From Candidatus Zixiibacteriota bacterium (GTDB taxonomy: Bacteria > Zixibacteria > MSB-5A5 > GN15 > FEB-12), in assembly GCA_041742355.1 (NCBI GenBank), contig JBGSIV010000289.1, forward strand, positions 1-33,665: a DNA stretch of 33,665 bases, in the 5' to 3' direction. Shown here in pieces: positions 27,000 through 33,665 of this stretch (position 1 is the first letter of the stretch; the number at the start of each line of letters is the position of its first letter). The notes under the pieces were generated by a model. That model made no database searches and was not told the DNA's origin. It saw nothing but the letters and a program-made list of their open reading frames with translations. The translations under genes and the position numbers were made by a program.

Positions 27000-27387
27000 T
27001 ATATATACCGGGGGGGCGGGGCAATCTCCATCAAAAGGCACGTGAAAGGGGGCAGAATCAACGGTGATGTGCCGTCGTGCGAGAGAGTGAATACAGTGCT
27101 ATGTGAGGACTTAGTGTTTTGAACGACAGAAGTGGGGATTTTCAAAGGTCGGAAATGCCAGGGAAATTGGGAGCGTGCGGCGAGGGCGGTTTTTTTGATG
27201 GCAGCGGGCATGGGGGATGGTGCCGGTTTTTCTGGAGGTCGGTTAGAGAGTCACGCCGTGAGCGGTTTGATCTATTGTCGGGTTTCTCGGGGCTTACGCC
27301 CCTCGGAACCCGACCTACGTATTGGGTTCGTTTGGTAATCTCGGCATACGGTGAGCCTGAGCGTGACTGGGGCCCGGCCTCCGCCGA

Positions 27388-27445
27388 GCTGACAGAACAG
27401 GAGCTCAGGCTGACAGAACAGGAGCCCGGGCCGACAGAGAAGGGG
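27388..27445. repeat. 21-bp tandem repeat GCTGACAGAACAGGAGC....
   Basis: Units at 27388, 27409 and a degenerate one at 27430. Confidence 0.7.
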
Positions 27446-27727
27446 CGGGCGGACAGGGAGCGGTCTCTCTGCTCGCAATTGGATTTGTGTGTGCGATCTC
27501 GAGGTGTCTGGGATGTCGGGTTTCTTGGGGCTTACGCCCCTCGGAACCCGACCTACGATGTTAAAGATTTCCCGTCACGGGAGAAGGCACGACCGCTGAA
27601 GGGTCGTGCCCTGCGTTGTGCCCTATGTCGTGCTGTAGTCTCTCTCCACCGCAAAACGTGGGCAAAGAAACGTGCCGGTGGCAACACCGGCCCGTTCTGA
27701 CACAAATTCTGCGAGGCACTTCAGCGG

Positions 27728-29296
27728 CTAGAATCCCTGAGTAACGTATACGCCCCGCTGCTGGAGTGCCCGGACCTGAGTTTCGGCCGCCTCGACCGAA
27801 AGAGGATTGGCGTGCAACATCACGGTGTCACCGGATGCAAGGCCCGCATTGTTCACAAGCGCCGCGATATCGGTGATCTGGTTACCGGCCAGATCGAGGT
27901 AGTGCAGGTTGGTCAGGTTCTGCAGCGCCGAGAGATTCGATATCTGGTTGCTTCTCAGATTCAACCGCCACATTCCGGTCGCCGACGCCAGCGGCGCGAT
28001 GTTCTGGATCTGGTTGTACGACAGATCGACATCCCACAGCCACTGCATCGATGACAGCGCCGTGATGCTGGTAATCGAGTTGGAGTACAGGCTCAGTGTC
28101 GACAGCGACGTCAGTGAGGCGAGGGGTGATATGTCGGTTATCGCGTTCCCCTGGATCGAGAGCGAGTAGAGGCTCTTCAGATCGCGCAGCGGACCGAGAT
28201 CGCTGAAGTCGTTGTACCCGGCGTCAAGGACGCCAAGATTCTGCAGCACGCCTATGCCTGCGATACTGCTCACCGGCCACTCCACGAAATCGAGGCGGTA
28301 CATCTTCAGCGCTTCCGACAGGTGGATGTTCGAATCGGTCGTGCCCCAATAGTTACTGGCCACGACATCGCGGAACACCGGATCGGGAAATACCAGCACC
28401 GAGTCCTTGACCGGATCGATGATCAGTTCCGAGGACTCAAACCAGATCCCGCCCGGCAACTCCTGCGTGAGCGTCAGCCACGTTTGGAACTCGACGAATC
28501 CCAGGGGAATGATAAGCGTGCTGGAATCGGTATCGGTGAATTTGTTGGTCGCAAACGGCATCGTTGCCAGCACCGTGCCGCCCCGGGCCAGCGGGAACAC
28601 ACCGCCGCTCGAATCGGTGATGGTCACGCGGTACTGCGTGTTGTCGTTGTCTCCGCCGGAGTAGAAGTACTCTGTCGCCGGGAACCACGCGGGCGCCGTT
28701 CCATCGAGCGGATCAACGGCGTTGTTACCGCCGGGGTAGATTCCGTAACCGTAGTCGAACACGGCGTTCACGCCCGACAGGCCCGGCATGTTGTACGCTC
28801 TCAGCTCGAGACGGAACGTATCCCCCGCCGTGATCCGCGTCACCATCGGGGTCAACTTCAGCATCGGCAATGCCGGGATCAGCGTGATCCCCACGGTCGT
28901 CACGCGGCTCGGCGAGACATCCATGGTTGTCTGCCCGACGTACAGGAGGGTCGCTCCCACCGGCTGCTGCTGCGGCGCACCAATTACCGGCGCGACCTCC
29001 TTGTACAGCTCCAGCACGAACGTGCGCGACCGCCCTACGGGGATCTCGGCCCGCAGTTCAAAGGTGCCGTCGGGCTGGACTCTGGCGGTCGTGTCGATCG
29101 CTTCCATGTCGGGTCCGGTCACTTGCAGCGCCGCCCACAGGCTGTCGATCGGCTGCTGCTGCAGGAGTTTCGGCGACTCGACATCGATCGCGAACTGCAC
29201 CACGCCCCCGCCCGAACCGGTCGGCTCCTCGGTGCACCCGGCCAACAGCGCCAGTGTCGCGAAGAGCGCGAGAGTCAGCAGAATATGCTTCTTCAT
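27728..29296 (-). CDS. Lipoprotein with a cohesin-like domain and internalin-type leucine-rich repeats
   Basis: Lipobox LLAGC; AGDTFRLELRAYN..GLSG...FDY...GTVLATMPF (cohesin-like); FPDP cap and about six 22-aa LxxLxxLxLxxNxIxDI repeats; AGGAGG RBS. Confidence 0.85.
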   Translation of the reverse strand: MKKHILLTLALFATLALLAGCTEEPTGSGGGVVQFAIDVESPKLLQQQPIDSLWAALQVTGPDMEAIDTTARVQPDGTFELRAEIPVGRSRTFVLELYKEVAPVIGAPQQQPVGATLLYVGQTTMDVSPSRVTTVGITLIPALPMLKLTPMVTRITAGDTFRLELRAYNMPGLSGVNAVFDYGYGIYPGGNNAVDPLDGTAPAWFPATEYFYSGGDNDNTQYRVTITDSSGGVFPLARGGTVLATMPFATNKFTDTDSSTLIIPLGFVEFQTWLTLTQELPGGIWFESSELIIDPVKDSVLVFPDPVFRDVVASNYWGTTDSNIHLSEALKMYRLDFVEWPVSSIAGIGVLQNLGVLDAGYNDFSDLGPLRDLKSLYSLSIQGNAITDISPLASLTSLSTLSLYSNSITSITALSSMQWLWDVDLSYNQIQNIAPLASATGMWRLNLRSNQISNLSALQNLTNLHYLDLAGNQITDIAALVNNAGLASGDTVMLHANPLSVEAAETQVRALQQRGVYVTQGF

Positions 29297-29309
29297 TCTC
29301 CTCCTCCTC

Positions 29310-30539
29310 TCACAGCGCCGCTGTCAGGCCTAAGGATACCTGGTATCCGGTCACGTCGGCGTCGACATCGATCGGCGAATAATCGATGTCGTACAGCGTT
29401 ACCGCGCCGGTGTAGAATTTCAAGCCCCCGTCGACCGAGATGTGCCGGGTAAGGCTCTTGCCGACGGCCGCGCCGACTCCCCAGACGGTGGAGCCGTCCA
29501 TATTCAGTTCGTTGTTGCCGATGATGTGCAGATCGACATTCGGCGTGATGGTCCAGCCCTCGGAGAGCACCCACGACAGGTAGCCGCCGACGGTGAATTC
29601 GTTGCCGTACCACTTGAGCTTGCTCAGCTCCGCGACGGCTTCGTCTACCTCATCGGCATACTCGCGGGCCGGGACCTCGTTGTCGCCGCGCCAGACGTAG
29701 CGAATCGTGCCGCCGTAGTTGAGGATCTTCCCGGTGTGGTTGCCCTGCAGCCGGACATCCATCTGCGGGCTCTGCCGGAAGGTCTCGGTGTCGCCGACCT
29801 TGTCGAGGCCGTACATGCTGTACACGACATCGAGCGTCCAGCGCACGGTTTCGCGTTCAAGCTCGCCGCGGACGTTAAAGAGGAAAATATCGCCGGGGTT
29901 GTATTCGCTCGGCTCCTGGTAGACGCCCAGGGTGTCGGTGTAGCCCGTGTAGGGTTTGTACTCGCCGACATACTGGTACGAGGCGCCCGCGCCGAGCTTG
30001 ACCTTTTCGCCGAGCATGGTCGCGCCGCCGAACAGGAGCGTGAAGCCGAAGCCTTCGCCGAACCGCCGCATCGGCAGTTCGTAGTGGTTGGTCGACATCT
30101 CCTGCACCACGAGCCATTCGCCCCCGAGATTGAGCTCCCGCTTGCCGGTCGGCAGGTTCACGCCGACGGCGGCCAGCAGGCGGTCCTTCGCGAACGAGTG
30201 TCGCGCCTGCAGCCGGACATCGCTCAGCCCGGTCAGATCCCACTCGGCCGTTCCGCCGCCGAGCTCCTCGCTGAGGCTCCCCTCAAGGTTGTTGCCGGAA
30301 TTGGCCAGGTACAGCGTGATATCGACGTTGTCCCGGAGCGGCACGAAGGCGGTGAAGGGGGTATAGAACTGGCTCAGGGACACTTTCTGACCGAGGAGCT
30401 CGGTTGTCCACGACGTGTAGATGAACTGCGTCGAACCGGAGGCCGGCTGACCGTAGATCACCTGAGCGGACACGTTGGATGCGCTCGCCGCGACGATAAG
30501 CACGGCCGCTGTCGTTATGAGGAATCGTCTAGTTTCCAT
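29310..30539 (-). CDS. Putative outer-membrane beta-barrel protein
   Basis: Signal peptide; alternating amphipathic strands; GLSDVRL...GVNLPTG and YNPGD motifs typical of MetA-pathway/transporter-like barrels. Confidence 0.7.
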   Translation of the reverse strand: METRRFLITTAAVLIVAASASNVSAQVIYGQPASGSTQFIYTSWTTELLGQKVSLSQFYTPFTAFVPLRDNVDITLYLANSGNNLEGSLSEELGGGTAEWDLTGLSDVRLQARHSFAKDRLLAAVGVNLPTGKRELNLGGEWLVVQEMSTNHYELPMRRFGEGFGFTLLFGGATMLGEKVKLGAGASYQYVGEYKPYTGYTDTLGVYQEPSEYNPGDIFLFNVRGELERETVRWTLDVVYSMYGLDKVGDTETFRQSPQMDVRLQGNHTGKILNYGGTIRYVWRGDNEVPAREYADEVDEAVAELSKLKWYGNEFTVGGYLSWVLSEGWTITPNVDLHIIGNNELNMDGSTVWGVGAAVGKSLTRHISVDGGLKFYTGAVTLYDIDYSPIDVDADVTGYQVSLGLTAAL

Positions 30540-31824
30540 TGAGATTCCCCCTTACGACGACCGTAACGGTACCGGTCGTGACCGGCGGTTGTTCGGCCGG
30601 CCGCTGGAAGATCAGGTTCGGCAGGTTGCCGATATTGCGGGCGACATCCGAGAGCGTTCCGTCGAGCTGGGCGACCGAGGCGGTCAGCATTTCGGCGCTG
30701 AACACCTGTTGCTGGAAGGCCCCGAAGGTGTGGTTGCCGCCGAGCGCGAGCGCTCCGTTGACGGCGGCCGCTTTCGCCGCGGCCATGTTGAACCCGGGAT
30801 CATGTGTCGTCGCCTCGCCGAACGCTCCCTGCGCCTCTTTGAGCATCCCGCGCTGCTGATAGTCCAGCCCGCGCGAGTAGGCCATGAAGGCGAGGAACGA
30901 TTCGGTCGGCACTTTCGCGATTTCGTCCCGCTCTTCCGCGGTCAGTTCGATCCCGAGGTCATCGATAACCCGGAACACGAATTCTTTCTGTACGCCGAAG
31001 AGCTGGCGGAGCTGCCCTTCTTTCGTTTCGGCGTCTTTCACCGTGGAGTCGACGGTATTGACAATCACGCCGTCGAGGCGGAACTGGTCCTCGCCCAGCC
31101 CGAGCACGGTCGCTGTCACGACGTTGCGGCTGCCGAGCAGGCGTCCGACCCGAGGTGCGCTCGCCTGATCCACGGCCCCGCTCTGGGCCAGCTTCAGCTC
31201 GTTCATGATAGCGTCGATCTTGAGCCGGTCGACGACGCGCAGTGATTTCACTTTGGCCAGATCGGATGCGGTGAATTCGGCCAGTCCCCGCGCCAGCGGG
31301 GCCAGATCCGGGTTGAGTCCGGTGGCTTCAAAGTCCGCCACGGCGATCGTGTTCTCAGGAATTTCGGCCGCGTTGATTTGTCCTTCGCCGGCCAGCGCCT
31401 GGTCGACTTCGAGCTTCATCCGCTCGGCGAGCAGTCGATCGACGTGCGCGCGCAGCAGGTTGCGGGTCTCCCCCTGCGGGTCGAGGCTCAGCGCCGTGCC
31501 ATACGCCGCGATCGCTTCCTCGGTCTTCCCTTCCTGTTCGCGGATGAGGCCGATGTAGAGGTGCGCCGTGGCGTCCGGGCTGATCGTATTGGCCTGCTTG
31601 AGGGCATCCTCGGCTTTGATCAGGTCGCCTTTTTTGTAGAAGGCGGCGCCGAGTCCGCGCCAGGCCTCCATGCTCTGCGGGTTGACTGCGATCTCCCTGT
31701 AGTACAGGTCGATCGCCTGGTCATGCTTCCCTTCTTCCGCTGCCCGATTGCCCTGTTGCAGCAGGCCCGAGGAACAGCCCGCCAACAGTCCGACCGCCAG
31801 GCAGCCCAGTAACAGTATTTTCAT
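30529..31824 (-). CDS. TPR-containing lipoprotein with a CsgG/HfaB-like domain
   Basis: Lipobox LLAGC; TPRs (AWRGLGAAFYKKG, AHLYIGLI); TIAVADF...LRVVDR..I.AIMNELKL.QSG.VD..SA.RVGRLLG; PTES..AF.AYSRGL. Confidence 0.85.
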   Translation of the reverse strand: MKILLLGCLAVGLLAGCSSGLLQQGNRAAEEGKHDQAIDLYYREIAVNPQSMEAWRGLGAAFYKKGDLIKAEDALKQANTISPDATAHLYIGLIREQEGKTEEAIAAYGTALSLDPQGETRNLLRAHVDRLLAERMKLEVDQALAGEGQINAAEIPENTIAVADFEATGLNPDLAPLARGLAEFTASDLAKVKSLRVVDRLKIDAIMNELKLAQSGAVDQASAPRVGRLLGSRNVVTATVLGLGEDQFRLDGVIVNTVDSTVKDAETKEGQLRQLFGVQKEFVFRVIDDLGIELTAEERDEIAKVPTESFLAFMAYSRGLDYQQRGMLKEAQGAFGEATTHDPGFNMAAAKAAAVNGALALGGNHTFGAFQQQVFSAEMLTASVAQLDGTLSDVARNIGNLPNLIFQRPAEQPPVTTGTVTVVVRGNLNGN

Positions 31825-31842
31825 TCGCTCTCCCTGCATCCC

Positions 31843-32886
31843 TTAGCTCGCCTGGCCGGCCAGGGGACGGTAGATCTCCATTTTTCGCTTCGCTTCGGTG
31901 AAGGTCGGGTCCAGTTCGTACGCCTTCTTGAAGTTGTCATACGCCAGCTTGTAGTCGTACTCGTCCATGTAGCGCAACCCGAGCGAGTAGAACCCGGCGG
32001 CGTCTTTCACATCGGTCCCGCCCTCTTCGATCAGCCCGATCGTTTCCTTGTTGAGCTTCACATCAAGCTTGGCAGCCAGTTCCTGCACGAGCTGCTTTTC
32101 CATCTCGGAGTACTTCGGCTTTCCTTCCTTGTCAACCGAGGCCACGATCTCGGAGGTCTCGACATTCACTACCCGCACGACCATTCGCGCCAGGCTTTCG
32201 TCCATCTGCGTGATGGATCCGAACACCATGAATTTCGCGCCGAGGACTTTTCCGACCTGGACGGCGGTCGCCTGGTCCACCGCGGCCGTCTGCTGCAGCT
32301 TCAGTTCCTCCAGCACCACCGGGATCTTGTCGCGTTCGATTACCTTCAGGTCGCTGATCTTGGCGAAGTCATGCTCGAAGAAGTCGGCGAGCCCCTTCGA
32401 CAGGAGCCCGAGCTCCTCCTGGTACTTGCCGGTGGAGAAGTTGTCGAATTCCATCACGGCGATCGTCTTGAGATTCGGATCGTGGTCGCAGACGAGCGCG
32501 TTTTTCTCTTTCACCAGGCGATACCAGCGGTCGCGAAGCTCCTGCGGCCAGAAGTCCTGCGGCATCGGAGTGAGGCACGGCCCGATGGTCGAAATCCGCT
32601 CGAGGTACCCGAACGATTCCTGCTCGAACGTCTGTCCCTTAGCGTAGGTGAGGATGCTGAGGACCTCGAACACGGCGACGCTGTCCTGGGCCGACAGGGT
32701 CGGCCGGGCCAGCAGCCCCTGCGCGATCTCAATCCCCTTGTCGTAGTCGAGCTCGTTGTACATGGTCAGCGCTTCGGCCAGACGGTCCGCGACCGTTTCG
32801 TCCGCCGACGCCACCGTTCCCAGAACCGGCACGAGCGCGCATATGATGAGCGCCACCGGCCATACTGTGCTACGGATCCGTCGCAT
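31843..32886 (-). CDS. Secreted CsgG/HfaB family protein with a C-terminal TPR
   Basis: Signal peptide; TIAVMEFDN...LKVIERDKI..VLEELKLQQ...VD..TA..VGKVLGA..MVFGS, RVVNVETSEI, FKKAYELDP.F.EA; AAGGAG RBS. Confidence 0.87.
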   Translation of the reverse strand: MRRIRSTVWPVALIICALVPVLGTVASADETVADRLAEALTMYNELDYDKGIEIAQGLLARPTLSAQDSVAVFEVLSILTYAKGQTFEQESFGYLERISTIGPCLTPMPQDFWPQELRDRWYRLVKEKNALVCDHDPNLKTIAVMEFDNFSTGKYQEELGLLSKGLADFFEHDFAKISDLKVIERDKIPVVLEELKLQQTAAVDQATAVQVGKVLGAKFMVFGSITQMDESLARMVVRVVNVETSEIVASVDKEGKPKYSEMEKQLVQELAAKLDVKLNKETIGLIEEGGTDVKDAAGFYSLGLRYMDEYDYKLAYDNFKKAYELDPTFTEAKRKMEIYRPLAGQAS

Positions 32887-32956
32887 GGATACTCCTTTAT
32901 GATGAGGTTACCTGAGTTCCTGAATCAGAACTGTCCGGATCTATCGCTCTTGGAAT

Positions 32957-33665
32957 CTACTGCTCGAAATCAAAGAGAACTTTGTGTACGCTGTCGGTTG
33001 CGACCGCGACGGTATCGGCCTTTCGCCGTTCCTGACCGTCGATCGACAGCACAGCCTCCACGACGTGCCGGCCCGGTTTGAGCCAGAGGGTGTTGTTGGT
33101 CTGCACCGCCTGGCGCTCCCCGTCGACGTAGATAGTCGCCCCCCGTGGGCGGGATCCGACCCGGACTTCGACGGTCTTCGCCGCTGGCGGTGTCTGCGCG
33201 GTCGGTGTCGACGGCTTCCCGGCCGTCGGCACGGTGAACGCAAACGCTTTCCGCGCCGACCGGTCCGCCGTCACGCGCACCGTGTCGCGGAGCACCTTTT
33301 CGTTGGAGCGGTCGTTTTCGGCCCGGAGCTCATAGAGCCCGGTATCTACCGTTACCCGCACTTCCGACTGGCTCCGGCCTATCTGTTGATCGTTGAGATA
33401 CACGTTTCCCGATGGCGACACCGCCACCACCAGCTCTCCCTGCACTGTTGCCGCCCCCTCGACCGTGAGGAGGCGTGCTGCCGATGGTTCCCCGGCGACT
33501 CCCTGATCGGTCAGCGCCGTGACCCGCCAGCGGTAGGTTCCGGCCGGGACTCCCGGGGGGAAGACCGCGCTGTCGGCGGGCGTGCGCATCTGCCGGGGGG
33601 AGGCAAAGGACGTATCCGGCGTATACTCTACTTTATACACGCCACCGTCCTTGAGCGTCGGCGTC
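32957..33665 (-). CDS. PEGA-domain protein with an FN3-like strand region (5' end outside the window)
   Basis: Frame stays open to the window end; GTYRWRVTA (FN3-like), VSPSGNVYLND and VGSRPRGATIYVDG...LKPGRH (PEGA). Confidence 0.78.
   Translation of the reverse strand, partial: TPTLKDGGVYKVEYTPDTSFASPRQMRTPADSAVFPPGVPAGTYRWRVTALTDQGVAGEPSAARLLTVEGAATVQGELVVAVSPSGNVYLNDQQIGRSQSEVRVTVDTGLYELRAENDRSNEKVLRDTVRVTADRSARKAFAFTVPTAGKPSTPTAQTPPAAKTVEVRVGSRPRGATIYVDGERQAVQTNNTLWLKPGRHVVEAVLSIDGQERRKADTVAVATDSVHKVLFDFEQ

Larger units (their letters stand above)
26015..27614 (-). repeat. Polarised non-coding mosaic array of the (A)ATTGGGTTCGTTTGCGC motif alternating with tagged palindromes
   Basis: Motif at about 26104, 26183, 26258, 26359, 26466, 26546, 26728, 27321 and 27478; hairpins at 26050, 26149, 26206, 26305, 26427, 26511, 26593, 26757, 26916, 27277, 27368, 27515 and 27586. 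Confidence 0.85.

Noticed and set aside
26015..27614. CRISPR array or integron cassette array
   Set aside because: Repeats are short and degenerate with 75-180 bp spacing, the intervals are themselves repeated, and there is no cas or intI gene and no recognisable attC cores.
25966..27700. ORFs across the repeat region (e.g. 26288-26809, 26382-26864, 27119-27700)
   Set aside because: The motif is read in different frames (TNPI/NEPN/RTQ), there is no clear RBS or domain, and the ORFs simply translate palindromes.
30529..32886. Curli secretion system
   Set aside because: CsgG-like domains are present but there are no curlin-repeat subunits or CsgE/F-like genes in the window.
2403..33081. Long antisense or overlapping ORFs (e.g. 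2403-3341, 19560-20552, 21430-22515, 22769-23926, 28322-29452, 29442-30542)
   Set aside because: They are shadows of well-supported genes, as expected in high-GC DNA.

Overview
GC-rich bacterial chromosomal window. The Cys-flanked dockerin-type motifs suggest an FCB-group organism such as Zixibacteria; this is an inference. About 22 coding genes are supported: trmB; a TIGR01777 SDR; a beta-propeller lipoprotein with a candidate sigma-54 promoter, divergent from an SBP-like protein plus an NtrY/NtrX-like two-component pair; an active/inactive DUF3857 transglutaminase-like pair; MarR plus an S41 peptidase; a secreted double-dockerin protein; a DEDDh exonuclease; a tandem TonB_C protein; a tyrosine catabolic cluster (hppD, hmgA, HisC-like aminotransferase, FAH-family hydrolase, flavin-reductase-like protein); and an envelope operon (PEGA protein, two CsgG/TPR proteins, a beta-barrel, a cohesin-like/LRR lipoprotein). 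The most unusual signal is non-coding. First, a 152-bp MITE with 16-bp TIRs and a 4-bp target duplication sits in the loop of a REP-like hairpin, carries its own palindromic doublet, and is present twice. Second, a ~1.6-kb polarised array alternates an AATTGGGTTCGTTTGCGC motif with different tagged palindromes, and one motif+hairpin module recurs 27 kb away with identical spacing. No transposase, integrase, cas, tRNA or rRNA gene was seen. All calls are by eye; no searches were run.
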